Source: Acidobacteriota bacterium
GTDB lineage: Bacteria; Acidobacteriota; UBA890; WLXD01
DNA length: 64,000 nt
NCBI GenBank assembly: GCA_963666055.2
Contig: CAXWPH010000015.1
Coordinates: 608,001 to 672,000, forward strand
Direction of reading: 5' to 3'
In this document: positions 1 through 9,234 of the stretch, piece after piece
Numbering within the stretch: the stretch's first letter is position 1
Layout: each line of letters begins with the position of its first letter
The notes under the pieces: generated by a model
What the model was told of the DNA's origin: nothing
Seen by the model: the letters and a program-made list of their open reading frames with translations, nothing else
Databases searched by the model: none
Program-made: the position numbers and the translations under genes

Positions 1-1111
1 GAGCGAAAGGCAGCCATCGAGGGACCCAGGTCGCCGTAGTGCCGAAGGCGTGGTTGTCGATCGAGAAGCCGGGCTGGTCGGTGTTGGCCAGAGCCTGCTG
101 AATCATCTTGTAGTCTTGTGTGCCGATGTCGCGGAAGGGCGTGTACATATAGCCGGCGGCCTCCATCGCAGCGACCATCGCGTCGAGCGACTGCTTGGCG
201 GTCATGCCGACTTTCATGTGGTCGCGCATGATCCACTGGCCGGCAATCGCCTTATCGAAAACCTCCTGTAGGAAATCTGGGACCTGGGTCTCGCCCTCAC
301 GCAGGATGTAGGCGTGGATCTTGGTGTCGACGCCGAAGCCCATGTAGTCGCCGCCGGGGCCACCGCTGCCGCCGACAAACAGGTCACCCGGCTGCAGGAC
401 GTACTCGGGGTTGTGGATAAACCAGCGGACGTCAGGTGGCGAGTTGTCGACCGTCATGTCGGGAGTGTTGACCACCGAGTAGTAAACCCGGGCGTTGATG
501 TCGGCGATGGTCGTCACTCCTGGAACGACCTCGGATAGTCGTTCCTTGGCGCGCTGCCGAGCGAGTGCCAGGACCTCGACCTGCGCGGCGATCTCGCGGA
601 CGGTACGGCGGACGATGAAGTCGCGGATGAGGTTCTCGGCCGAGACGATGCGGGCGCTGTACTCAGGCCCGAGGATACGCTCGAGCTTGAGGTACTCGGA
701 GTGTGAGATACCGTCGGCGACGGGCTCCATCTCGGAGGTGTTGACCGCGATGGTTTGCGGGTCGCGTTGCTCGACAAAACGGGTGATCTCGTCGTAGACG
801 CCGGGCTTGTGATCGTAGCCGGAGATCGCCAGGCCGAGCTCGAGGGAGCCGCGCACGTCGATCTTCTCGACCGCGCCGCCGCGCCCGAACTGCAGCGCCA
901 TCGGATCCGGAGCACCGGAACGGGTGACGTGAATCCACATGTCGACGCCGTTGTCGCGCATAGCTCCCGGCAAGATGAGGTCGAGCTTGTCGTTGCGCAT
1001 CAGGCGGAGCGCTTCGGCGTCGGTATCTGCGATCCGCGCCGGCAGCTGCGCGTTGGCGGTGGGTACGACGATCGATGCAGCAATCACGAACAGCAACAGA
1101 CGGGATTTCAT
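1..1111 (-). CDS. Secreted M24-family (Xaa-Pro) metallopeptidase, runs off the window edge
   Basis: Hand-translated and absent from the ORF track (no stop in window). ATG at 1111 after GAGGAG RBS; MKSRLLLFVIAASIVVPTANA signal peptide; DKLDLILPGAMRDNGVDMWI, GVDYMGFGVDTKIHAYILREGET-like (GGDYMGFGVDTKIHAYILREGET) M24 segments. Confidence 0.75.
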   Translation of the reverse strand, partial: MKSRLLLFVIAASIVVPTANAQLPARIADTDAEALRLMRNDKLDLILPGAMRDNGVDMWIHVTRSGAPDPMALQFGRGGAVEKIDVRGSLELGLAISGYDHKPGVYDEITRFVEQRDPQTIAVNTSEMEPVADGISHSEYLKLERILGPEYSARIVSAENLIRDFIVRRTVREIAAQVEVLALARQRAKERLSEVVPGVTTIADINARVYYSVVNTPDMTVDNSPPDVRWFIHNPEYVLQPGDLFVGGSGGPGGDYMGFGVDTKIHAYILREGETQVPDFLQEVFDKAIAGQWIMRDHMKVGMTAKQSLDAMVAAMEAAGYMYTPFRDIGTQDYKMIQQALANTDQPGFSIDNHAFGTTATWVPRWLPFA

Positions 1112-1164
1112 TTGCTCCTCTCTGAGTTTCCAGCTCTCGGCCCGGGCGCGACGTAACCCTCCGC

Positions 1165-1194
1165 GCCCACCACACTTCCACCTCGGCCTGCTAG
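1165..1194. mobile_element. Solo end of family-A MITE at the Rieske stop codon
   Basis: GCCCACCACACTTCCACCTCGGCCTG-CTAG matches the right end of the 8940-9210 element; nearby CGTAACCCTCC (1152-1162) matches its linker region. Confidence 0.8.
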
Positions 1195-2401
1195 GCCATC
1201 TGTCCCAGGTACCAGCGGATGAAGTCGTTCGTCCACCCTTCGAGGGCCGAATACGGTCCCGGCTGGTAGCGGCGCGAGGCCACACCGCGGCTGTTGGTCT
1301 CGATGATCACGGCGTCCTGCTGCGTCGTGACATCCCACATCCACTTGAGGCGGTCGACGTCGTAGTCCACTCCCTCCTCGGCATCCTCGTGGACGAGCCA
1401 AATCAAACATACCTCGGTGAGATCCGGGTTAATCGGCGAGAACCGAAACATCGTCGCGTAGTCGTTCGGGGCCACGACGAAGCCGAAGTAACCGAACCCC
1501 ATGCTGGTGACGCCGCCATCGTACACGGTGAACTCACCCATGAGCGGCGCCACCGGCCGGCCGTCTTCCGAGCAGCTCTGGAAGCCCTCCCGGATGGGAT
1601 CTCGATAGGCAGCGAAACGCGGCATACCGTTGGCACCATCCGCCCGGATCGCCTCGGTGAGATAGCCGAGCGCCTCGGCCCTTTCGGTCCATTGCTGGCG
1701 GAGCCCACCGAAGGCGCGCGCGGTGTTGGAGTCGGGGGCTCCTCGGCACGTACGTAGGCATTGACCGAGGTGTACTGCGGGTGGCTACTGGTGCAGTGGT
1801 AGCACTCCAGGAAGTTCTCCAGGGTGAGCTTCCAGTTGCCGTGCGTCGGGTAGCGGGCGACGTGGGCGACCTTGCTGCGCGCCGTGCCGTGCAGGCGCAG
1901 GTAGGGGGTCATCGCCTCGAGCGCAGTGTCGAGGTCAGGCGCCGCGTCGCTCAGGCAGACGAAGATCAGGCCTTCCGACACACGCACCTGACAGCGGTGC
2001 AACCCGAACTCCGAGGCGTCGAGGTCGGGGCTGATGTGCCGCCAGGCGACCAGCTCACCGTTCAGGTCGTACGCCCAAGCGTGGTAGTTGCAGACGAGGC
2101 GCTTGTGGTTGCCGCTGGCCTGCTGGCAGATTCGGGAGCCGCGATGCCGGCAGACGTTGAAGAACGCGTTCACCGCGCCCTCCTCGCTTCGAATCACGAT
2201 GATGGATTCGCCGGCGATCTCGAACAGGAGGTAATCTCCGACCTCGGGGATTCGGGAAACGTGATCGACCAGGAGCCATTGGCGCATGAACACACGGTCC
2301 ATCTCGCGCTCGAAGATCTCGGGATCGCGATAGAACGGTTGCTCCAGCGAGAACCCGGGACGCTGTCTTTCAATCAGCTCGGAAAGACTGGGGCGCTCCA
2401 A
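1191..2401 (-). pseudogene. Rieske non-heme iron oxygenase alpha subunit (GbcA/choline monooxygenase-like), frameshifted
   Basis: CRHRG...CNYHAW Rieske motif, NWK...ENFLECYHC; ORFs 1403-2401 and 1191-1625 join if one C is added to the C5 run at 1734-1738; colinear with paralog 3173-4390. Confidence 0.85.
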
Positions 2402-2405
2402 GGGG

Positions 2406-3176
2406 TCAATCCTCTCCGGCTAGCTCGAGCAGAGCGCTGCTGATACCTGCAGTGGTGCCACCGTCGACGGCAATGGCCTGCCCGGTGATATAGCCACAGT
2501 CTCCGGCACACAGAAAGTGGATCGCGGCGGCGATCTCTTCCGGCTTGGCGAGCCGGCCGAGCGGCGCCGTGCGGTAGGCGGCCCGAACAATGTAGGCTAC
2601 ATCCTCCTCGTGCGCCAACGGTGTGTCGACGACGCCGGGACACACGCAGTTGACTCGAATGCCCCTGGGGGCGAGCTCGATCGCAGCGGTCTTGGTCAAT
2701 CCGACCAGGGCCCACTTGGCGGCAGCGTAGGCACCGAGATCGGGGACACCGCGAAGACCCGCGATCGAGGAGGTGTTTACGATCGCTCCACCCTCCTTCA
2801 TCCGCACCGCCGCGTAGCGCATGCCGAGTAGCGCGGTGACCGTGTTGAGTCGGAAGTCATACTCCAGCGCCTCGGTTGTCAAGCTCTCCAGCCCCGCAGG
2901 CGGGGTTCCGCCACCGACGTTGTTCACCATGATATCGAGCCGTTCGTAGCGCTTGAACATGGTATCGATCAACTCGGCAACATCCTGTTCCTGGGTGAGG
3001 TCGGCGCGCACGAACAGCCCCTCGACACGAGCCGCTACCTCGGCTCCATCCTGGATGTCGGCGATCACCACGTCGGCGCCGGCAGCGGCGAGCCTCTCGA
3101 CCGTGGCGAGCCCGATGCCCGAGGCCCCACCGGTGACCACCGCGACCTTGCCGTCTAGATCGAACATCTGCCTCAT
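2406..3176 (-). CDS. Short-chain dehydrogenase/reductase (SDR)
   Basis: TGGASGIG, NNVG, YAAAK, IRVNCVCPG; ATGA overlap with upstream Rieske stop. Confidence 0.92.
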   Translation of the reverse strand: MRQMFDLDGKVAVVTGGASGIGLATVERLAAAGADVVIADIQDGAEVAARVEGLFVRADLTQEQDVAELIDTMFKRYERLDIMVNNVGGGTPPAGLESLTTEALEYDFRLNTVTALLGMRYAAVRMKEGGAIVNTSSIAGLRGVPDLGAYAAAKWALVGLTKTAAIELAPRGIRVNCVCPGVVDTPLAHEEDVAYIVRAAYRTAPLGRLAKPEEIAAAIHFLCAGDCGYITGQAIAVDGGTTAGISSALLELAGED

Positions 3177-4390
3177 CTCATCTGTCGGAGGTACCAGTCG
3201 ACGAACTGCCGCGTGAAGCTCTCGAGCACCGAATAGGGTCCCGGAGAGTACCGAATCGACTCCAGGCCGCGTTGGTTGTTCTCGATGAGAACCTGGTCCT
3301 GGCGCGTGGTTACATCCCACATCCAGCACATGCGCTCGGTGTCCAGATCCTCACCCTCGCGTGCTTCGCGGTCCACGAGCCAAGTGAGGGTCATGTTCGT
3401 CGTGCTCACGTCCTGCGGCTCAAAACTGATCAGGCAGGCGTAGTCGTTGGCAGCGCTCAGCGAGAAGAACGGGCCCACGTGGACCACCGTCTCGCCGCCG
3501 TCAAAGGCGCTGAGCTCACCCATCAGCGGCGCGGCTGGGCGGCCATCCTCGGTGAGCGAATCGAAACCCGTCTGGATCACCTGCCGATACGCCAGATGAA
3601 ACTGGTCGGGCAGCTCGGGCGGCAGCACGGCGCAGTCGACACGGTGCCCCATGGCCTCGGTGCGTTGCCGCCACGCGGCGTCCATCTCCTCGAAGACGCG
3701 CACCTGTTCAGGACGCCCATCGCCAACAGCCCGCACGTAGGCATTGACCTGTCTGTACTCAGGATGAGCAGAGGGGCAGTGGTAGCACTCGTTGAAGTTC
3801 TCAATGACCAGCTTCCAGTTGGCCTCGACCGGATAGTTGCGCCGCGCCGCGACCCTCGCCGAGTCGAAGCGGTGCGGCCTCGTCACCGCCGCAACCTCGG
3901 CGCCAATGGCAGCAAAATCCACCGATGGATCTTCGTCGAGATTCAGAAAGATCAGACCCTCGGCCACCCCCACGTGACACTTGTAGAGACCGTAGTCGGC
4001 TCGCTCGAAGTCGTCGGGCATCTGTCGTGCGGCATTCAACGCGCCGTCCAGCCCGTAGGCCCAGGCATGGTAGGGACAGACGAACGACGCGACCGTGCCG
4101 CTCGCCTCGAGGCAGATGCGCGAGCCGCGGTGACGACACACGTTGAAGAAGGCGCGCACCGCACCGTCGTTGTCCCGGCAGACGATGACGGACTCTCCGC
4201 CGATCCGATGAAGAAAGTAGTCGCCGGGCTCCGGGATCAACGATACGTGGCCAGCGAACAACCACTGGCGCGCGAATATCCGCTGGCGTTCTCGCTCGAA
4301 GATCGCCGGGTCGCCGTAGAACTCGCGCGCCAACGCGAATCCGTCACGTTGGCGCGCCCTCAACAGTCGAAACGCGGCGTCGTCAAGCAT
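3173..4390 (-). CDS. Rieske non-heme iron oxygenase alpha subunit (GbcA-like)
   Basis: CRHRG..CPYHAW, NWK..ENFNECYHC..HPEY, WDVTTRQD; start approximate. Confidence 0.92.
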   Translation of the reverse strand: MLDDAAFRLLRARQRDGFALAREFYGDPAIFERERQRIFARQWLFAGHVSLIPEPGDYFLHRIGGESVIVCRDNDGAVRAFFNVCRHRGSRICLEASGTVASFVCPYHAWAYGLDGALNAARQMPDDFERADYGLYKCHVGVAEGLIFLNLDEDPSVDFAAIGAEVAAVTRPHRFDSARVAARRNYPVEANWKLVIENFNECYHCPSAHPEYRQVNAYVRAVGDGRPEQVRVFEEMDAAWRQRTEAMGHRVDCAVLPPELPDQFHLAYRQVIQTGFDSLTEDGRPAAPLMGELSAFDGGETVVHVGPFFSLSAANDYACLISFEPQDVSTTNMTLTWLVDREAREGEDLDTERMCWMWDVTTRQDQVLIENNQRGLESIRYSPGPYSVLESFTRQFVDWYLRQMR

Positions 4391-4442
4391 GCGGTTGATC
4401 GCGGTCGGTCGGCTGGGGAGGCCTTGACGGCCTGATCGAGCC

Positions 4443-6155
4443 TCAGTCCTCCGAACCGGTATAGACCTCCCCAAACACCTCCGTCCCGGGCGGGTGGAGG
4501 TTCATCTCCCTATCAGTCTTCACACAAACAAGCGCCGCGCCCTCATGTTGTCGCGCCCGCTCGAGCGCCGGGACTAGTTGATCGGCCTGCTCGACATACT
4601 CTCCGTGACACCCCATGCCCTCGGCGATCACGTCCCATCGAGTCGGGCTCATGTAGGTGCTACGATACCGATCCTCCGGCACGTCGGCCTCCAGGTGCAG
4701 CATCTCTTCCATCGACCACGATCCCTCGGCGTTGACCACCACGGTAATTTTCACCCGATCGCGAACCGCAGTCTCGAGCTCCATGATGTTGAATCCGGCG
4801 GCACCGTCGCCGGTGCTACACACGACGTCGCGCTCCGGGTTCGCCAGCTTTGCGCCGATAGCATGGGGAATGCCGGTGCCGAGGTGTCCGAACTCGTAGT
4901 TGCCCACCTGCGTTCGCGGGGTCGAGAAGTCGCGCAGGGCGCGGTTGAACATGCCGGTGTTGCCACCATCGGCGACGTTAATGGCGTCGGTCGGGAACAC
5001 TGACTGCATCGCCAGAATCACCTGTGCCGGATGCACCCGGTCCGCCGCGAAGGAGGCCTCGATGTCACCCATCATTGCCTGCGCGGCGGAATCGCTCATG
5101 GCGCGGAAACGCGCTGCTTCCGAACCGTCCGAGGCGGCAATCCCGGCTTCCTTCACCGCCGCGAGCAGTCTACGCAACGCCGCGCCGGCGTCCGCAACGA
5201 CGCCGCGATGTAGACGCCTATGCAGTCCGATATTTCGCGGGTCGATGTCCACCTGAACGAGCTTCTGGTCGGCGCCGCCCCAGTACTTGTCGAAGGGAAG
5301 ATCGACCTCGCCCAGACACGTCCCGAAGGCGATCACGAGATCCGCCTCCCGCCGGGCGGCCCAGTGGCCTTCGGACCCCGGGCGCAGATGGTTCGGGTGG
5401 TCGTCGGGGAGTGCAGTGTGGCCGTGACCGCTAGTCAGCGCCGGGCAATCGAGCAGCTCCACCAGCTCACGGAACTCGCCCCACCCCTCCGAATTGAGCA
5501 CCCCCACGCCGGCCATGAGTACCGGGCACTTGGCGTCGCGAATGAGATCCACGAGATGTGCGGTCTCGGACAACGTCGGCTCCGCCGGCACGGTGGACCG
5601 GTACTGGGCCGGGTCGAGCACCTCGACGCTGCCGTCGTCGCCAGTGGCGTTCATGATCGTGTCGGTCATGTCGATATGTACCGGGCCCGGTCGCCCGGCC
5701 AGCGCCTCGCGGAAGGCACGCGAGACGATCTCGGGAATTCGCTCCCACTGGTGCACCACGGCGTTCCACTTGGTCACCGGCCGGAACATCTCCTGCTGAT
5801 CCATCGCCTGGAAGATGCCGGGCTTGCTCGGGTAGACGACCTCGGCGCGGCGCTGCGCCGTCACCACGAGCATGGGCACGCCTTCCGCCAGAGCACAGAT
5901 CACACCGGAGAGCACGTTGGCAGTGCCGGGCCCGCCGCCGGCCAGCACCAGGCTCATCGCTCCGGAAGTCTTGAAGATCCCCTGAGCAATATGCGCTGCC
6001 GCCGCTTCGTGCCGCGGCGCGACGTGCCGAAACCCATAGTCGGCGCAATGGTGCTGGATGGTGTGGTAACCCTCGTCGGTGATGCCGATGACGAACTCGA
6101 TACCCTCGCGCTGCACACAGCGCAAGAGCAGCTCGCCGCCCGTGATCTCTGCCAT
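4443..6155 (-). CDS. Thiamine-diphosphate-dependent enzyme (acetolactate synthase / 2-hydroxyacyl-CoA lyase superfamily)
   Basis: RHE motif, GPGTAN, GDGAAGF...N ThDP-binding motif; GGGAGAG RBS. Confidence 0.9.
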   Translation of the reverse strand: MAEITGGELLLRCVQREGIEFVIGITDEGYHTIQHHCADYGFRHVAPRHEAAAAHIAQGIFKTSGAMSLVLAGGGPGTANVLSGVICALAEGVPMLVVTAQRRAEVVYPSKPGIFQAMDQQEMFRPVTKWNAVVHQWERIPEIVSRAFREALAGRPGPVHIDMTDTIMNATGDDGSVEVLDPAQYRSTVPAEPTLSETAHLVDLIRDAKCPVLMAGVGVLNSEGWGEFRELVELLDCPALTSGHGHTALPDDHPNHLRPGSEGHWAARREADLVIAFGTCLGEVDLPFDKYWGGADQKLVQVDIDPRNIGLHRRLHRGVVADAGAALRRLLAAVKEAGIAASDGSEAARFRAMSDSAAQAMMGDIEASFAADRVHPAQVILAMQSVFPTDAINVADGGNTGMFNRALRDFSTPRTQVGNYEFGHLGTGIPHAIGAKLANPERDVVCSTGDGAAGFNIMELETAVRDRVKITVVVNAEGSWSMEEMLHLEADVPEDRYRSTYMSPTRWDVIAEGMGCHGEYVEQADQLVPALERARQHEGAALVCVKTDREMNLHPPGTEVFGEVYTGSED

Positions 6156-6172
6156 GGTCTCTCCCTGACTAG

Positions 6173-6443
6173 TGTCCTGTAACACAGGTTCGTTGCGTAT
6201 TGCTGGGTCGAGATGGGGGCAAGCTCAAGGCGCGATGAGAATGACGATGCCACGCCCATCGTCGACGAATCGCAACGCTGAGATTGCCCCCATATCGACC
6301 CAGCCCTCCGGGTGGCCACGGGACTGGCCACCTCCGGCGTCGGCCCTCCTCTACGATACGCTCAGCATCGCCGTCGTCGAGCCTCCTTGGATTCGACTCA
6401 GTCGCGTGCGCCACAATATGCAACGAACCTGTGTTACAGGGCA
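6173..6443. mobile_element. 271-bp MITE, family B
   Basis: 30-bp TIRs TGTCCTGTAACACAGGTTCGTTGCGTATTG / CAATATGCAACGAACCTGTGTTACAGGGCA (28/30); CTAG at 6169-6172 and CTGT on the right; two 101-nt hairpins joined by CCCTCCGGG. Confidence 0.85.
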
Positions 6444-6542
6444 CTGTATGGTGCGCGGCATTCTCCCTGCCCGAGGGCGTGCCGCACAACCCTTGCAGCG
6501 ACTGAGTGCGACAGTCCAAGCCCGAGAGGTTCAACAATCGTG

Positions 6543-7970
6543 ATGCCCGAGCCCGCGCCACTCACCACGTCTTCTCGCGTGTACTACGCGTCCGGGGGCA
6601 TGGCGACCGGCATCATCAACAACGGCTTCAGCAGCTTTGTGCTGCTCTATTACAGCAACGTTCTGGGCGTCCCCGCCGCTATGGTCGGCAGCGCGCTGGC
6701 CATCGCGCTGGCGTTCGACGCCGTTTCGGATCCCGTCGTCGGCTACTTCTCCGACAACCTGCGCTCGCGCTGGGGCCGCAGACACCCGCTCATCTACTTC
6801 TCGATCCTTCCCGTCACCGTGCTGTTCTACCTGCTCTGGCATCCCCCGCTAGAATCGCCGAGCTCGGACACACTGTTCTGGTATCTGCTGTCTGTCACCA
6901 TCCCCTTGCGGCTCCTGATGACGTTCTACGAGGTGCCCAGCAACGCCCTCGTGCCCGAGCTCACGCCCGACTACGACACGCGTACGCGGCTGCTCAACTC
7001 CCGATGGTCGGTGTATTTCTTCAGCGCCAACGCGATCGCCGTGGCGATGTACGCGTACTGGCTGCGGAATACCGACGAGCACCCCACCGGCTTGCTGAAC
7101 GTCGCCGGCTACCAGGACATGGGCCTGGTGGGGGCGGCGATCATCTTCGCCGCCATGCTCGTGTCGTCGGTCGGCCTGCACCGCTTTATTCCCTTTCTGA
7201 GGTCGCCGCCGCCCAGACGGCGGCGTTCCCCGCGCGCCATCTACCGCGAGATGTACGAGACCTTTGCCGATTGGTCGCTCCTCGCTCTGCTGGCTGCAGG
7301 CACCTTCTACGCCGCCGCTAACGGCACGATCAACGCGCTCTGGGCCTACCTCTACAGCTACTTCTGGGGGCTGTCATCGGTGCAGATGTCGTTCCTGCTG
7401 CTGGCGTACGTAGCTGCCTCACCAGTCGCCTTCGCACTCGTACAGCGACTCTCGCGCAACCGTGACAAGCGCACGGTCGCGCTTGGCGTTGCCGCCGCCA
7501 GCGTGGTGGTTACCTCGGGACCGGTGATGCTGCGTGTGCTCGGCGTGTTTCCTGGCAACGACAGTTCCTGGCTGTACCCGATTCTGGTCGTGCATGGACT
7601 CGTGGAGATGGCGCTCTACGTGATGTTCACCACCATGCTCGCCTCGATGATGGCTGATCTGGTGGAGAAACGGCAGCTGGTCACCGAGGCCCGGCAGGAG
7701 GGGTTGCTTTTCTCCGCACAAACCTTCGTGATCAAGATCACCTCCGGAATCGGGGCGTGGGTCGCGGGGATCGTGCTCTCGGTCGTCGACTTCCCGTCCA
7801 ACGCTCAGGCGGGCGATATTCCCGCCGATACGATCTTCGGGCTCGGGCTGCTGTATGCACCGACGATGATGGTGCTGTTTGGCATCTCCACGTACGCCCT
7901 GACGCGCTTCAAGGACACGCGGGCAGACCACGACGAGCACCTGCAAAGGTTGGAAAACGCGGCGACCTAG
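6543..7970 (+). CDS. MFS transporter, GPH/MelB-like
   Basis: FDAVSDPVVGYFSDNLRSRWGRRHP motif, ELTPDYDTRT, about 12 hydrophobic segments. Confidence 0.9.
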   Translation: MPEPAPLTTSSRVYYASGGMATGIINNGFSSFVLLYYSNVLGVPAAMVGSALAIALAFDAVSDPVVGYFSDNLRSRWGRRHPLIYFSILPVTVLFYLLWHPPLESPSSDTLFWYLLSVTIPLRLLMTFYEVPSNALVPELTPDYDTRTRLLNSRWSVYFFSANAIAVAMYAYWLRNTDEHPTGLLNVAGYQDMGLVGAAIIFAAMLVSSVGLHRFIPFLRSPPPRRRRSPRAIYREMYETFADWSLLALLAAGTFYAAANGTINALWAYLYSYFWGLSSVQMSFLLLAYVAASPVAFALVQRLSRNRDKRTVALGVAAASVVVTSGPVMLRVLGVFPGNDSSWLYPILVVHGLVEMALYVMFTTMLASMMADLVEKRQLVTEARQEGLLFSAQTFVIKITSGIGAWVAGIVLSVVDFPSNAQAGDIPADTIFGLGLLYAPTMMVLFGISTYALTRFKDTRADHDEHLQRLENAAT

Positions 7971-8885
7971 TCAGGCGAACGCGGCCTTCAACGCACGGGT
8001 GTGCGGCACGCCCAACCCACAGCAACCGCCGATAATCTGCGCGCCGCTCGCTACCCAGCCGCGTGTCTCGTGCACCAGATCGTCGGGCTCGATGATGTCG
8101 ACGAACTGCCAGTTGGGCATCACGAAGTAACCAGACTCCGGGTAGACTCCGAGCGGGCCCGACCAATGGCTCTTTACCACCGCGAGCCCCGTCGGAGTGT
8201 CGTCGATCGAGCTGTGCATGACGTTGATCACCCCGACTCCGCATTCCGCGAGCTCGCTCACGAGCTGCTCGAAATCGGCGTGGGGAGGATCGAAGCCGAC
8301 GACGCCACCCGTCTCGACGTCCCGCCGGCAGCTCAAGCCGAGCCATACCGGCAAACCGGTGGCCACCGCTGCCTCGGCGATAAGCCGCGAGGAGACCGGA
8401 TGCGAGCACATCTCCAAAGCGATGAGCTCGACGCCCGCCGCCGCCAACAGATCGGCCTGCACGCGAAACCCCTCCGAGAGACGCTCGGCGTCGGGCAGTT
8501 CCTCGTTCATACCCACCCATGGACACATCGAGCCGGCGATCGCCACGGGGCTCTGCGCCGTTTCGTCGCGAGCCTGCCGGGCCACTTCTACCGCAGCCTT
8601 GTTGATGCCCGCCATCTCGTCCCCAAGCCCCGCCTGCTCGAGCAGATAAGGGCCGGCCGCAAACGTGTTGGTGATGATCACCTCGGCGCCGGCCGAGATG
8701 TAGTCGGCGTGGGCGGCACGCACCACCTCGGGATCGGACAGCACTGCCGCACCGCTCCACGCTTTCTCGTTCATGGCCACGCCGCGAGCCTCGAGCTCGG
8801 TGCCCATCGCACCGTCGATTACCACCAGGTCGCCGGCGGCGATCTTGTCATGGAGCCAATCGGGCCCATAGCGAACATCTGTCAT
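7971..8885 (-). CDS. Homocysteine S-methyltransferase family protein
   Basis: DGAMGTELE, HADYISAGAEVIITNTF, IGGCCG. Confidence 0.92.
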   Translation of the reverse strand: MTDVRYGPDWLHDKIAAGDLVVIDGAMGTELEARGVAMNEKAWSGAAVLSDPEVVRAAHADYISAGAEVIITNTFAAGPYLLEQAGLGDEMAGINKAAVEVARQARDETAQSPVAIAGSMCPWVGMNEELPDAERLSEGFRVQADLLAAAGVELIALEMCSHPVSSRLIAEAAVATGLPVWLGLSCRRDVETGGVVGFDPPHADFEQLVSELAECGVGVINVMHSSIDDTPTGLAVVKSHWSGPLGVYPESGYFVMPNWQFVDIIEPDDLVHETRGWVASGAQIIGGCCGLGVPHTRALKAAFA

Positions 8886-8918
8886 GACCGCTCTCCTCAG
8901 AAGCAGTTTTTCATCTAG

Positions 8919-8935
8919 TGTCCTGAGTCAGGACA
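8919..8935. mobile_element. Collapsed 17-bp family-B-like scar flanked by CTAG
   Basis: CTAG-TGTCCTGA-G-TCAGGACA-CTAG palindrome; TGTCCTG equals the family-B terminus. Confidence 0.7.
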
Positions 8936-8939
8936 CTAG

Positions 8940-9210
8940 CAGGCCGTGGTGGAAGTGTGGCGGGCCTGGCGACAGGGTCTTGCGAGGTGGAGGCAAGGAG
9001 AGAGGAGGAGGCGATGGCTGCCCCATCGTTGACGACGAGCGACGCAGCATACGCGCGCAACCCCCTATCGCCCGGAGGGTTACGGCGATTTGGGGTCATC
9101 TGCGGCGTTGGCCCTCCTGGACGATGGCTGGAGCATCGCCGGCGTCAGGCCGCCTTCCATCTGACCCCAACTCGCCGTAATCAGGCCCGCCACACTTCCA
9201 CCACGGCCTG
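8940..9210. mobile_element. 271-bp MITE, family A
   Basis: Perfect 29-bp TIRs CAGGCCGTGGTGGAAGTGTGGCGGGCCTG; CTAG on both sides (8936-8939, 9211-9214); second copy at 36631-36895. Confidence 0.92.
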
Positions 9211-9214
9211 CTAG

Positions 9215-9234
9215 CCGGGTGCTGAAGAACTCTG
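9215..9234. mobile_element. 20-bp family-C mini element
   Basis: CCGGGTGCTGAAGAACTCTG between CTAG and CTAA; 19/20 identical to the reverse complement of 42871-42890. Confidence 0.75.

Noticed and set aside
6169-6561. ORFs spanning the B element and N-terminal extensions of the MFS and ThDP genes
   Set aside because: Read-through of palindromic non-coding DNA; better RBS-supported or homology-supported starts exist.
8884-9214. Similar ORFs over the A elements (8884-9180, 8911-9099, 36259-36855, 36736-36936)
   Set aside because: The similarity follows from the DNA repeat; starts and stops are not conserved between copies and family B shares no frame.
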